Shown here: in pieces, positions 34,401 to 44,181 of the stretch | Numbering within the stretch: the first letter of the stretch is position 1 | How the letters are laid out: each line of letters starts with the position of its first letter | IMG/VR virus record: IMGVR_UViG_3300033066_002031 | Coordinates: 3,864-67,863 of that record | Reading direction: 5' to 3' (one strand) | Source of the DNA: a virus | Taxonomy: Duplodnaviria > Caudoviricetes | Length of the DNA stretch: 64,000 bases | The notes under the pieces: model-generated | Databases searched by the model: none | What the model was told of the DNA's origin: nothing | What the model saw: only the letters and a program-made list of their open reading frames with translations | Program-made: the position numbers and the translations under genes

Positions 34401-35930
34401 GCCGAAGCTGGCAAGCTCGAACAGGTCTTTGATGGAGCCGGTTCCCGGCGTCGCCGTGCCGACGGCGACAATGGCGTCGCGCAGCTTCAGCACGTCCTGA
34501 CCAGCCAGGCTCGCGATACGACCGAGTTCCTGATAGGCGACCTGGACGTCGGCTGCCTTCTTGACGGCGGCGATGGCGAGACCGGCGATCACTGCGCCGA
34601 CGACGCCAGCAGCCTTCAAGATCATGCCGACGACTTGCGTTACGGCGGACGCGATGGATTCGACGACCGACGCGATGGCGCTCATCAAGGCATAGAGCAT
34701 GCTCCAAACCGCTTTCAGGGCGTTCAGGAGGGTTCCTATGATCCCGGTGACGAGTCGCATGATTCCGCCGACCACGGACAATGCAACGCCAAATGCTTTC
34801 GCCGCCCCGGATACGAACTGGAGGGCTGACCCCAATCCGTTTACTGCCGCCGAGAAAAAGGTGCCCAGACCTCCGACCACCCTGGCGATGCCTTCCGATA
34901 TTGCCGACACGCCGTTAGATATCATGACGGCGTATTGTGTAGCCTGATTGCCCATCTGGATGAAATGTCGACCCGTCGACCTCATCCAGACGATCGTCTG
35001 CAACATCGCCGGGGACATGCCGCCTTGCCTCGGGGTGGCTATAAGCCTGGCGGCTCCGTTGATCAGCCCCTGACCGATGCTCTGGGCGCGGGCGGCTACG
35101 ACCATGAATGGCATAGACAGGGTTCTTGCCAGGCTGTTCCCGACCGCCCTGGATTTCGCCTGCAAATTATTGAAGAAACCAGATACAGCATTCCCGTAGT
35201 TAGCAAATCTTGAAGTAGTGGCGTCGCCGAAGAGGCGGTTGATAGCTGTATGTATTACGTTGATTCGGGCGAGGAATCCAAACGCGCCGGGGTTCATCGA
35301 CAGCGCCCGCATGCTGATGCCGATCCTGTTCAGGAGATTCTCAATGTCATACACCCCCTGGAACATTTTCACGCGGAATGACATTGGAATAGTATTCAGA
35401 ATTCGGCTGCTTTTAATCAGCTTGTCAATCATATCCTGAATTGGCATCGCATTTTTGCCCCTGAAGGACGCAAAAAGCGAAGCGATGCCTCTGCCGTAAG
35501 ACTGGACGAGCACGGAAAACACATTTCCGAAATTCATCCTGCTCATGGTCAGGCGCTGTAGGTTTTTGTGAACGCCAAGGATCGCCCGGTCGATGAACCC
35601 GATGCCCGTGATGACGCGGCTTGGGTTCAGGAAGTTGTCGAGCCCGTGCCCGGCACGTCGCATCGCGGCGCCGAGCCGGTCGAAATCCCTTGAGGCTCCT
35701 CGGGTGAATTCAATGGTCGCCTTGGCGGCTTTGTTGGTCTTGTAGACGAGATTGTCCATGCCGTCGAGCACGGCTTTGAGACCGATGCCGCGAGAGAACG
35801 TAACGGCGGCGATCTTGGAGCGCAGCCTGTCCATCTTCTCGCCGAGCTTGTCGATCTCGTCGCGAGCAGGCTGCGTCCTAGCCTTGATGTTAATGATCGC
35901 TTCCGCGACCTTCACGCCGCTTCCAAGCAT
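31458..35930 (-). CDS. Tape measure protein (~1490 aa)
   Basis: Ala/Gly-rich helical repeats with a TP901-like core; ATG lies 1 nt after the chaperone-GT stop. Confidence 0.9.
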   Translation of the reverse strand: MLGSGVKVAEAIINIKARTQPARDEIDKLGEKMDRLRSKIAAVTFSRGIGLKAVLDGMDNLVYKTNKAAKATIEFTRGASRDFDRLGAAMRRAGHGLDNFLNPSRVITGIGFIDRAILGVHKNLQRLTMSRMNFGNVFSVLVQSYGRGIASLFASFRGKNAMPIQDMIDKLIKSSRILNTIPMSFRVKMFQGVYDIENLLNRIGISMRALSMNPGAFGFLARINVIHTAINRLFGDATTSRFANYGNAVSGFFNNLQAKSRAVGNSLARTLSMPFMVVAARAQSIGQGLINGAARLIATPRQGGMSPAMLQTIVWMRSTGRHFIQMGNQATQYAVMISNGVSAISEGIARVVGGLGTFFSAAVNGLGSALQFVSGAAKAFGVALSVVGGIMRLVTGIIGTLLNALKAVWSMLYALMSAIASVVESIASAVTQVVGMILKAAGVVGAVIAGLAIAAVKKAADVQVAYQELGRIASLAGQDVLKLRDAIVAVGTATPGTGSIKDLFELASFGARMGIGEGLEGSLKVKAIEEFTKSIARVRMALTDMPTEEAATYIVRILRVFGLGPEYIDNFASALVKLDNSSTATGRDILDLTRRLSGVLSTLGAMPSEVMGLAAAMRDAGVEVEVGGTAMSQLFIKTAYKTKDYAKALKIPFQELEHAINTKPIEALKMVLQAIGKFSPVDQLRVLSKMQLQGRQTSSVILQMANNWQMIDTFMAEGAEEWKSQNSLIEAANVRARQFYSILEQSTNKLTALAAKVGDMLMPAAIALAEFFGVAMDAASNFFEANRSHIEGWVSAIESGAITAKQYLIAGFEPFYEFMSQKWHEFMAKMTNAWESSWDWLKTNWKSLADWMGGTLMTVTDRFIGHLVDKMPLVGKAVQSAFAGFFKVINMAAGFIDEQQNYEQVPGTVSAGGVANRMSNMVNRAVGTALDSLLLPAGIMSGVGWIDYFNSEGSYFQNAGKVRNMQNRNILPPPPNGEKNAPFPTLPEFAKPNWLKNMTDPKLIQQAQEKSKELADRDYEEAVKKTVFDLLASADQRKKLANEYWERGNKIMYDAQKAHAKKELELADKIASREYDLETANRFYGAILKGAPNGEPGAQPLPKGFIPKPQMNASLGMSPIHDANNYAMQIAKWQSMQAELAKQGLDNETLLKQQKDAAARKSKAALEEYNSSLHRIAASAKERAFLDENLRRTQAGLKPFSRKDYENHLKLKGVDDAKIGKDNPLLAKLRGTDKENVKESMEAATKLEKEAKEDLKKGDTNSYREKLRMAMAIRTARVSKEAAGRMQRSTLRGTKYRTPRISKQAAAKKRQLLLSNDNTDRALKSITNLKLGTVDARNKIISEKGGDVSTEKGAMELANKLVEDFKQGDVTTISKLLTAFGSEKNLTESIARLLRETPDETQTREREHMRKGGTGIFDPLGDEMTNMHSKSAGDFTGLVEFSRKLQSSALAKEDIPKKQLKVLEQIAENTEARNPANMTEVNNFGGAIAQ

Positions 35931-35931
35931 T

Positions 35932-36213
35932 TCACCCGCCCTTCTGTGGCTCCGGGATTCCCTTCCGCTTGCGGAATTCCTCCGCAACCTTGTTGACCTC
36001 CCAGAATTCGATCTCGCGAGACCCTTCCGGAACCTGCTGCTCCTCCTTGGCGAGATAGGCGTTTAGCTGGGTCATCGTGAGCGAGCCGATGGCTTCGGGA
36101 CTCGCCCAGTGGTATTTTTCTCCCAGCCACTTGAAGATGTGAGCCCAATCGATGGGCTTGGGCTCGCCTTCGTTCACGACGCCGTCGCCGTCTCGCCGCC
36201 TTCGTCTTTTGGG
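35932..36213 (-). CDS. Tail assembly chaperone -1 frame extension (gpGT-like)
   Basis: Startless frame (..PKRRRRRDGDGVVNEGEPKPIDWAH..) is entered by a -1 slip at C CCA AAA (36207-36213). Confidence 0.75.
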   Translation of the reverse strand, partial: PKRRRRRDGDGVVNEGEPKPIDWAHIFKWLGEKYHWASPEAIGSLTMTQLNAYLAKEEQQVPEGSREIEFWEVNKVAEEFRKRKGIPEPQKGG

Positions 36214-36644
36214 ACCTCGTCTTCGCCCATCGCGACCGCCATGATCTCCTCCATGACCTTGAAGAACGTCGTCGCGCTGATGTTGTTGATCAGTTCGTAG
36301 ACGTCGTCGTCGGTCAGGCTCTTGTCCGCCTTGCGCAGCATCATGCGGGCGATCTCCTGCATGCCCTCGATGCCGTGCAGGTGGGTTTCGGCTTCGACGG
36401 TGCCGAGGAGGGGCGGGAAGTTGACGGCGAGCTTCGCCTGGGCGTCGACGAGCAGCTTGGCTCGCTCTTCCGGCGTCAAGCCGTCGAGGTGCCCGCGAAG
36501 GCTGTCGAGGGGGTTGGGGTACGTCTTCTTGATCCAGCTTTGAAGCTGGCTGATCTCCAGGATGGAGAACGGCTTGATGTAGAAGGTCCGCCCGGCGATC
36601 TCGACGGGCTTGCCGACCGGCAGCATCCGGTTGATGTCCGACAT
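36174..36644 (-). CDS. Tail assembly chaperone (gpG-like)
   Basis: Lies between tail tube and TMP; in-phase slippery heptamer near the 3' end. Confidence 0.8.
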   Translation of the reverse strand: MSDINRMLPVGKPVEIAGRTFYIKPFSILEISQLQSWIKKTYPNPLDSLRGHLDGLTPEERAKLLVDAQAKLAVNFPPLLGTVEAETHLHGIEGMQEIARMMLRKADKSLTDDDVYELINNISATTFFKVMEEIMAVAMGEDEVPKDEGGETATAS

Positions 36645-36660
36645 GGTCTCGTTCCTCGAT

Positions 36661-36700
36661 AAAAAGGCGCCGAGCCCGTTCATCCTGACGGGGCTCGGCT
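36661..36700 (-). terminator. Terminator after the tail tube gene
   Basis: On the minus strand a GCCGAGCCC...GGGCTCGGC stem is followed by a T tract. Confidence 0.6.
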
Positions 36701-36718
36701 TTCGTCGTCATCGTTACA

Positions 36719-37108
36719 TTAGACCGGGAGCGTGATGGCGCCCGTCGCCTTGAACGAAGCCGTCCAGTTGATGACGTCGTTGACGTCCACCGTGACCTTC
36801 AGGCTCTCGATGATGGCGTCGCACTGGAAGTAGCTCGTCGCCGAGACGTAGAGCTTCAGCGTCACGATGCTGCCGGGGAGCAGACCCGGAGGGCTGGCGG
36901 TCGGATTGGCGTTGAGGTCCCAGAACGCCTTGAACGTGCCGGAGCCGCCGGACAGACCGGCGATGTATTCCCGCCATCCGCCGGACTGGCAAGTCGTTAC
37001 TTCCTTGGTCTCGTTGCCGTAGTCCAGGTCCCACGAGGACGTGCGAAGCTCGGTCGATCCGACGGTTACGCATCCGTCCTTGCCGTGGCTGTAATTAGGT
37101 GCGGTCAT
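36719..37108 (-). CDS. Tail tube (major tail) protein
   Basis: SWDLDY...EVTT..SGGWREYIAGL.GGSGTF..FWD siphovirus tail-tube pattern. Confidence 0.85.
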   Translation of the reverse strand: MTAPNYSHGKDGCVTVGSTELRTSSWDLDYGNETKEVTTCQSGGWREYIAGLSGGSGTFKAFWDLNANPTASPPGLLPGSIVTLKLYVSATSYFQCDAIIESLKVTVDVNDVINWTASFKATGAITLPV

Positions 37109-37143
37109 GTTCCAGACTTCTCCTTCCTTGGAGTGTGTTGTGG

Positions 37144-37644
37144 TTAAGAAGAGCTTCCAAGGATCGCGATTTCGTACGTGAGGGTCGCGCCCTGGGGGTC
37201 GATGTGCAACTGGTCGCCCGTCCCGGAGACGACGGGGAATCCCGTCGCGAGCGGCGAATAGTTGAAGAAGAAGCCGCTGGGTCCGACCTTGATCTTGTGG
37301 CTCGTGCCTCCGACCATGCCGACCCAGGCGTTGGAACCGGCGCCGCCGACGAGGATGTCCTGACCGTCGGTCGATGAAAGGTTCCCGATGTAAATACCTT
37401 TGACCCTCAGGAGGTTGACGCTGGCTCCGTAGGCGTCCGTGAGGACGCCGTTCAGGTCCAGATCCTCCGCCGTACCGGTCAAGGACCGGCTCGACGACCA
37501 GAGGACGTTCGCCTGGTTGGCGCCGGAGCCGTTCGCGATCGTCTTCGCCACGGTTTTCGCGAGGGTGTTGGAGGCTTGTCCGAGACCAGCCGTCACCGAT
37601 TGGCTCGCGTTGATTGTCAGACTGACGCTGCCGTTCAAAGCCAT
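37144..37644 (-). CDS. Virion structural protein (compact paralog of the 37658-43027 protein)
   Basis: GANQANVLWS..DLDLNGVL..KIKVGPSGF..SPLATGFPV..YEIAILGSSS. Confidence 0.7.
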   Translation of the reverse strand: MALNGSVSLTINASQSVTAGLGQASNTLAKTVAKTIANGSGANQANVLWSSSRSLTGTAEDLDLNGVLTDAYGASVNLLRVKGIYIGNLSSTDGQDILVGGAGSNAWVGMVGGTSHKIKVGPSGFFFNYSPLATGFPVVSGTGDQLHIDPQGATLTYEIAILGSSS

Positions 37645-37657
37645 TGTGTGACTCCGT

Positions 37658-40600
37658 TCACGAGGAACATCCGAATATTGCGATTTCGTATTGGATCGAC
37701 GCGATCCCGCCGTCGAGCTTGATCTGGTCAGCCGTCGAAGCCGTCACCGGATACCCCGTCGCGAGCGGCGAACTGAGCACCAGGAAACCGCTCGGTCCGA
37801 TTTTGATCTTTGCGGACGTGCTGCTATTGAATACATTAGCCCATCCGTTCGAGGCTGCCGGGGAAAACCACAGATCCTCCCCGTCGGTCTCGGAGTCGTT
37901 GATGATCGCGATGGCTTTGATCCGCACGCAGTCGACCGAATCGCCGAAAATCGTCTTCAGAACCCCGTTCAGGTCGATCACGTCAGCCGCCAGGATCGCC
38001 GTCGAGGTCGTCGGCGGAAGCACGCTCCACACGCCGGGAACCGAGGTCGTCGTGCTCGTCACGCCCGCCGCGTACAGCGACTCGGATTCGGCGCCGCCGC
38101 CGACTCCCGAAAGGTAGATGTTGTATCCCGTCGCCCCGGCGCCGAGACCCGGCAGCGTGATCGATGGGATGTTGCCCGCCGTGACAGCGAACGTCGCCTG
38201 AGGCGCAGCCGTCGTTTCGCCGTTGGCGTTGATGTACGTATAGGTCAAGTAATACGTGCCCGAGGCGAGCTTTCCGCCCGTAAATCCCGCCCCGGAACCC
38301 ACTACCGTCGCCGCCGTCGCAGGCGCCGTGACGAGGCATCCGTTCAACGAAGGCTTCGCGACCGACGTCGTCGCCGTCGTCATGTCGTACAGCGTGCTCG
38401 CCGCCGTCGAGAGCGATGTCGAGGCGTAGAACGTCTCTTGCCCCGTGGCTCCGCCCGGTCCGGTGACGTAGACGTTGCCGCTCGAAACGCCCTGCGGCAC
38501 GGCTGGGATCGTGACTCGCGGGATGTTGCCCGACGCGACCGTGAAAGAAACTTCGGGGCTCGCCGTTGTTTCTCCGACGGAATTTACATAAGTGAAAACA
38601 AGCTTGTATGTACCGGCTGACATCAAGCCGCCGACCGAGCCGCCGCCCGTCGCCGAGACCGTGGGAGCCGATACGGGAGCCGCGATCGTCGCCGTGTTGA
38701 CCAGTGGTATGGTCGTGCCGGACGACAAGGTCGACAGGTCGTAGTTTCCAGGAGAAACGCCGAAGGCGTACAACGATTGCGTGCCGTCGGAGCCGTTGGC
38801 TGGCGTGAGGTAGAGCTTCGCCGCAGACGCCCCGGAAGGGAGCGAAGGGATCGTGACCCTGGGAATGTTCCCGGACGCGATCGTGAACGACGTCGCTGGG
38901 CTCGTGGTGGTCTCGCCGATGCCCGATCCGGTGGAGCTTGGATAGCCGTTGATGACGGTGTATCGCAGCGAGTAGGAACCTGCCGCCAGCAGACCGCCTA
39001 CCGAGCCGCCGCCCGTGGCGTTGACCGTCGCGGCGACGGACGGCGGTGACACGGAAGCCGTGCTGGTCGCCGGACTCGTCCTCGAAGGATGCGCCGTCGC
39101 CATCGTGTAGAGCGTCGTCGCCGAGCTTATGGGCGTCGTATTGTACTTGACGAGCGTCGCCGTCGTCCCATTGACCGCCGAGAGGTAGACGTTGACCCCG
39201 GTGGACAGCGTCGACGCGATCGACGACGGGTTGAACGAGGGGATGTTGCCAGCCGCCACCGTGAAAGTACCGGCTGTGGTGTTGGTCTTGGTCTCGCCGT
39301 TGGCGTTGACGAGCGACATGGAATAGCGGTACGTACCGGCTGGGAGCAGCCCGCCCGCAGCGCCGCCGCCCGTCGCCGTGATCGTCGCCGCCGACCCCGG
39401 ATCGCTTACTTTGTAGGTCGCGGTGAGCGGGATGGTGACGCTGCCGGACAATGATTGGAGCGTAAACGTGCCGGTGCTGATCGACGCGCTGGCGAGCACG
39501 CGGACTTCGCTCAGGGACGCGCCGCCGGAAGCGGTGCAGTAGATGTTCGCCGTCGTTATGCCGGCAGGCGCGGCGGGGATCACGACCTGGATAGCCGCGT
39601 TGACGCCGCCGACCAGGGTATGCACCAGGGTCGTCTCGGGACCGATCAGCGTCTCGTTGGAACCGCTGTTGTATGTGTACGTGAGGATGTAGGTGCCTGG
39701 GGCGATGCTCGAAATGCCGCTCGCGACCGACGTGCATGCCAGGGCTCCAACGGGCGGCGACACGACAGCCGTGCTCGTCGACAGCGGGACGTAGTAGGTC
39801 AGCGGATACGGGATGTCGAAATAGCTTCCTGTCGTGCTGCCGTAATACGTCTCCGTACCGGCGGCTCTGCCAGCGAGCGTGATGTAGACGTTCGTCGTCA
39901 CGCCGGACGTCGGCGGAGACGGGACGAAGATCCTCGGGATGTTGCCCAACGACGACGTGAACGACGTGCGTGGGCTTCCGAGCGTCTCGCCGTTGGCGTT
40001 GGACCACGTATACGAGACTAGGTACGTGCCCGCCGGAAGCGTACCCGTCAGAGAGCCGCCGGACGAGACCACCGTCGCAGCCGAACTCGGCGCGCTCAGC
40101 ACCGCCACGTTGACCACCGGCGGAGCCAGGCTCGCCGCCGACATGTCGTACGTCGTCGTCGAAATCCCCGTGGCGTAATAGACGACGCTGAATTGAGTGC
40201 CGCCAGGCGCGTTCAGATACAGCTTGATGCCGCTTGCGCCGGTCGGGAGAGCCGGAAGCGTCACGCGGGGGATGTTGCCGGACGCGATCGTGAATTGAGC
40301 CGACGACGGCGACGGCGGGGTTTCGCCGAGCGCCGTGTAGAAGCTGTACTGGCAGTAGTAGCTCCCGGCGAGCATGCTGCCGCCTCCGGAGCCGCCGCCC
40401 GTGGGGCTGACCGTGGGCGCCGACGTCGGCGCCGTCAGGAGAGCCGTGCTCGCCGTCGGAGGCGGCGTCGTGAACGCAGCCGTGAGGTCGTAGGTGGAAC
40501 CCGTGACGCCCGATGCGTACAGCCGCTCGCTGCCCGATCCGCCCGTCGCCAGCGACAGATAGATCGTGTAGCTCGTGACGCCGACCGGGAGCGAGCCCAG

Positions 40601-43027
40601 CGTCACCCTCGGGAACGTGCCGGACGTGACGGTGAACGCAATCGTTTCAGGCGACGGAAGCGTTTCTCCCGAGCCGTCGACGAGCGTGTATTTGAGGTAG
40701 TACGTACCGACAGCGAGGCTGCTCGCCCCAGTCTGGATCGAGACCGTGGGGGCGGAAGCCGGGTCGGTCGCCACAGCCGTGCTGGACCCCGGCGGCAGCG
40801 TGTTCGCATGAGCCGTCGCCAGGTCGTAGGTCGTGCCTGTGAGCCCAGTGGCGTACAGCGTCTCCGAGCCCGCCGAACCTCCCGGCGGCGTCAGGTACAG
40901 TTTCGCCGTCGAGTATCCGGATGGGATCGCGGCGAACGTCATCCTCGGGATATTGCCGGACGACACCGTGAACGACGATGACTCGGCGCTGGGCGCACTC
41001 TCGCCGTTGCTGCCGACGTACGTGTAGACGGCGTAGTAGGTGCCAGCCTGCAACGCCCCTCCGACCGATCCGCCGCCCGTGACGTTGAACGTGGGGGCTG
41101 AGCCTGGGTTCGGGAGATAGGCGCCGTTGGACAACGCCGGGGCGGCTTGCGGCGAAGCCGCCGACATATCGTACGTCGTCGTCGTGATGCCGTCCGCGTA
41201 GAGCGTCTCGTATCCGATCGACCCGTCGGCTCCCGTGGAATACAGGCGGATCTTGGTGACGCCAGCCGGGAGAGCCGGAAGCGTCACGCGGGGGATGTTG
41301 CCGGACGCCACGACGAACGGGTCGCTTTCGGGGCTCATCCTTGATTCGCCGTTGGACGTGCTGTAGGTGTATCCGACGCGGTACGTCCCGGCGGCGAGCG
41401 AGCCGCCCATCGAACCGCCGCCCGTCGGAGCCACGGTCGGCTTGGACGCTGGCGACGTGATGACGGACGTATTGGAGCTTGGCGGCGCGGCGTTGGACGC
41501 CACGACCGGCATCGCCATGTCGTACGTCGTCGTCGTGATGGGCGACGAATTGTATTTCACGACCGCCGCAGGACCGGCGTTCGTCGGCGTCGCGTACAGG
41601 TTGATGCTGGTGATTCCGGCGGGGAGCGCCGGCAGCGTCACCCTGGGGATCTGATCGACAGCCACGGTGAACTGCGCCGACGCCGGGGACGCCGTCGTCT
41701 CTCCGCGAGAATTCACATAAGTGTATTTAACGTAATAGTTGCCGGGGACGAGCCACGCGCCGGTGCCGACGCCCGAGACCGTCACCGTCGGGGCTGCGGA
41801 CGGCGAAGGCAGGACGCAAGTGTTGGTCGTCGGGATGCCGTCCCACGCGACGTCGAGCGTGAGCGGGGTCGCCGTGACGCCGGTCTTGTACAGAGTCTCA
41901 TTGCCGGACGCCGCGCCGCTCCGCGTCAGGTAGACGTTGATCGACGTCGCGCCGTTGATCAGGGGCGTGACGACGCCGCCGATCGTCGCCGTCGGGAATG
42001 TGAGAGTCGGGGCGAGACCGCTGCTTACCGACAGCGTCAGGCTCGGGCTCGGGGTCGTCTCGCCGGAGCCGTTGACGTAGGTATATCTCGCGAAGTACGT
42101 GCCGTTCGCGAGCGACGTGGCGACGCTCGTGCTCGTGCCAGGCGCATTCGTCGGCGGCGGGATGCGTGCGGTGTTGGTCGTCGGCGCGTAGGTCGCGTTG
42201 GACGCCAGGTCGTACGTCGTCGTCGTGATCCCGCTGGTGTTGTACAGCGTCTTCGTCGCGGCGGACTGGTTCACGGCGGAGAGGTACACGTTGATCCACA
42301 GGACGCCGCTCGGGAGCGACGGCAGCGTGACCCTGGGGACGTTGCCGAGGGAGGCGACGGTGAACGTGGCGTCGGGGCTGTCGGTCGTCTCGCCGAGGTA
42401 GTTGGCGTACGTGTATGAGATGTGGTAAGCGCCGGCGGCGAGGAGACCGCCGGACGTGCCGCCTCCCGTGGCGTCAATCGTCGGTGCGTCCGTCGGGGCG
42501 CTGATGTACGCCGTGTTGGTCGACGGTGAGCCCTTCCCGGCGTCGGCGAGGTCGTGCGTCGTCGTCGTGATGCCGGTCGCGTAGATATATGCGGTCGATC
42601 CGTCAGCCCTGGTAAGATACAGGCTGATCGAACTGACGTTGCCTGGAAGCGACGGCAGCGTGACCCTGGGGATGTTGCCGGACGCGACCGTGAACGGATC
42701 GCTTTCCGGAGAGGGGAGCGTCTCGCCTCCCGACGACGTTACGTACGTGTACTTGCACTTGTAGTCGCCAGCCGCGAGCAGACCGCCGACCGAGCCGCCT
42801 CCCGTGACGCTGACGGTGGGCTTGGTCGACGGGTCCGAGATGGGAGTGGCGTCCAGAGTCTTGACCCTGGACCAGAGGATGTCGGCTTGATTGGCGCCGA
42901 CGCCGGGTTCGTAGGTGTTGGAAACGCTCTTGTTGACCTCGAAATCGGAGATTTCGAGCCCGGTTTCCACCCTTTGGCTCGCAACTATTTCGACGCCTAT
43001 GGAGGCGTTGAGATCGGGGGTCGGCAT
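37658..43027 (-). CDS. 1789-aa virion protein with 14 tandem ~115-aa Ig/FN3-like repeats
   Basis: 14 copies of the Y...YTY....GE[TS]..SP....FTV.SGNIPRVTLP module, flanked by termini homologous to the 166-aa neighbour. Confidence 0.75.
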   Translation of the reverse strand: MPTPDLNASIGVEIVASQRVETGLEISDFEVNKSVSNTYEPGVGANQADILWSRVKTLDATPISDPSTKPTVSVTGGGSVGGLLAAGDYKCKYTYVTSSGGETLPSPESDPFTVASGNIPRVTLPSLPGNVSSISLYLTRADGSTAYIYATGITTTTHDLADAGKGSPSTNTAYISAPTDAPTIDATGGGTSGGLLAAGAYHISYTYANYLGETTDSPDATFTVASLGNVPRVTLPSLPSGVLWINVYLSAVNQSAATKTLYNTSGITTTTYDLASNATYAPTTNTARIPPPTNAPGTSTSVATSLANGTYFARYTYVNGSGETTPSPSLTLSVSSGLAPTLTFPTATIGGVVTPLINGATSINVYLTRSGAASGNETLYKTGVTATPLTLDVAWDGIPTTNTCVLPSPSAAPTVTVSGVGTGAWLVPGNYYVKYTYVNSRGETTASPASAQFTVAVDQIPRVTLPALPAGITSINLYATPTNAGPAAVVKYNSSPITTTTYDMAMPVVASNAAPPSSNTSVITSPASKPTVAPTGGGSMGGSLAAGTYRVGYTYSTSNGESRMSPESDPFVVASGNIPRVTLPALPAGVTKIRLYSTGADGSIGYETLYADGITTTTYDMSAASPQAAPALSNGAYLPNPGSAPTFNVTGGGSVGGALQAGTYYAVYTYVGSNGESAPSAESSSFTVSSGNIPRMTFAAIPSGYSTAKLYLTPPGGSAGSETLYATGLTGTTYDLATAHANTLPPGSSTAVATDPASAPTVSIQTGASSLAVGTYYLKYTLVDGSGETLPSPETIAFTVTSGTFPRVTLGSLPVGVTSYTIYLSLATGGSGSERLYASGVTGSTYDLTAAFTTPPPTASTALLTAPTSAPTVSPTGGGSGGGSMLAGSYYCQYSFYTALGETPPSPSSAQFTIASGNIPRVTLPALPTGASGIKLYLNAPGGTQFSVVYYATGISTTTYDMSAASLAPPVVNVAVLSAPSSAATVVSSGGSLTGTLPAGTYLVSYTWSNANGETLGSPRTSFTSSLGNIPRIFVPSPPTSGVTTNVYITLAGRAAGTETYYGSTTGSYFDIPYPLTYYVPLSTSTAVVSPPVGALACTSVASGISSIAPGTYILTYTYNSGSNETLIGPETTLVHTLVGGVNAAIQVVIPAAPAGITTANIYCTASGGASLSEVRVLASASISTGTFTLQSLSGSVTIPLTATYKVSDPGSAATITATGGGAAGGLLPAGTYRYSMSLVNANGETKTNTTAGTFTVAAGNIPSFNPSSIASTLSTGVNVYLSAVNGTTATLVKYNTTPISSATTLYTMATAHPSRTSPATSTASVSPPSVAATVNATGGGSVGGLLAAGSYSLRYTVINGYPSSTGSGIGETTTSPATSFTIASGNIPRVTIPSLPSGASAAKLYLTPANGSDGTQSLYAFGVSPGNYDLSTLSSGTTIPLVNTATIAAPVSAPTVSATGGGSVGGLMSAGTYKLVFTYVNSVGETTASPEVSFTVASGNIPRVTIPAVPQGVSSGNVYVTGPGGATGQETFYASTSLSTAASTLYDMTTATTSVAKPSLNGCLVTAPATAATVVGSGAGFTGGKLASGTYYLTYTYINANGETTAAPQATFAVTAGNIPSITLPGLGAGATGYNIYLSGVGGGAESESLYAAGVTSTTTSVPGVWSVLPPTTSTAILAADVIDLNGVLKTIFGDSVDCVRIKAIAIINDSETDGEDLWFSPAASNGWANVFNSSTSAKIKIGPSGFLVLSSPLATGYPVTASTADQIKLDGGIASIQYEIAIFGCSS

Positions 43028-43037
43028 CGTTTGTTCC

Positions 43038-43445
43038 TCAACTCAAGCTTTTATTCAGGTAGATCCTGAAATCCAGAGCCTGCTGCCAAACGCTCGCCGA
43101 TTCGAGCCACTCCCGCTTCTCCGCGATGAGATTCTTTGAGATGAGGCGGATGGCGAATACGCTGTACCCCGAAGCCGAGAGGTTGGATCTTTCGAATGCC
43201 CACATCAGATCGACGCCGATCGATCGAGCCGTCTCGGCGTAGTCGGCGAATATCCCGAACCTGACGTGGTCGGCTTCGTAATAGCATCCGGACATGTTGA
43301 ATCTCGGCACGGAAGCCACGAGATTGACGACGGCGTACGGTCTCGCCGTGCCTTCCGGAGCGATCCCCGTCCACAGCCCCCCTGGCAGCCTCGAAATGAC
43401 GCTGCTTGCGAGGAACCATGTACGGACGGCTTGCAGCGTGGTCAT
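43038..43445 (-). CDS. Tail completion/terminator-like protein (DUF3168-type), paralog A
   Basis: GGLWTGIAPEGTARPYAVV...FGIFA..AETARSI pattern; synteny. Confidence 0.5.
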   Translation of the reverse strand: MTTLQAVRTWFLASSVISRLPGGLWTGIAPEGTARPYAVVNLVASVPRFNMSGCYYEADHVRFGIFADYAETARSIGVDLMWAFERSNLSASGYSVFAIRLISKNLIAEKREWLESASVWQQALDFRIYLNKSLS

Positions 43446-43450
43446 CTAGG

Positions 43451-43828
43451 TCAAGCCCCCGGCGGATTCCTTCCGACGACCCATGAATACTGGATTTCGT
43501 ACAGCCAGACGTCCTGGTTTCCGAGGCTTTTCATCTTCCTGATGAACCACATGGCGCTGGATTTCCTCATGAGTACCATAGTGTATTCATCCGAGTCGGT
43601 GGTCATCTTGCGGAAGTCGTAGAAGGACTTCAGCGACGCCGCCAGCGACTCCGCCGTCGCGGCGCTCGACGCATACACCTTGAACGTCAGATTGTCCGGC
43701 TCGATGTCGGAGTAGCCGCCCTGGACGAATTTCGGCTGCACGAAGTCATGATTAAACACGACGTATGGCAGCCCCTGGTTCTCGGGCGCCACTTCGAGAT
43801 ACATGGCTATCCCAGGGGCGAATTCCAT
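43451..43828 (-). CDS. Tail completion/terminator-like protein, paralog B
   Basis: MYLEVAPENQGLPYVV...FKVYASSAATAESLA. Confidence 0.5.
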   Translation of the reverse strand: MEFAPGIAMYLEVAPENQGLPYVVFNHDFVQPKFVQGGYSDIEPDNLTFKVYASSAATAESLAASLKSFYDFRKMTTDSDEYTMVLMRKSSAMWFIRKMKSLGNQDVWLYEIQYSWVVGRNPPGA

Positions 43829-44181
43829 CAGACCCCCCGCTTCTTCTTGCCCCTTGGGTCGATCGGCGTCGCCGGGGCGGATTCCTGGGGATTGGGCTGC
43901 GGCTCGATGGCGACGATCTGACCGGCTTCAAGGTCGAAGCCGTACTTCACGCCGAGGTCGTCGACGTCCAAGCCGTGTCTTTCGGCGATGTGCGTCATGG
44001 CGAGCTTGACGTCCTTCTGATGCCTGTCGACGAACTGCCGCAACTCGCGTTCGTTGGCTTGAAGACCCTTGAGGATGACGAGGTCGATCTCTTCGAGCTT
44101 CTTCGGTTCCACTGGAAACTCCTGAAAAAATGCGGGGAAACACTGCTGATCATAGGTCGCGTCAGTACAACGCGCCTTCAT
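43828..44181 (-). CDS. Hypothetical protein
   Basis: 117-aa ORF within the operon. Confidence 0.5.
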   Translation of the reverse strand: MKARCTDATYDQQCFPAFFQEFPVEPKKLEEIDLVILKGLQANERELRQFVDRHQKDVKLAMTHIAERHGLDVDDLGVKYGFDLEAGQIVAIEPQPNPQESAPATPIDPRGKKKRGV

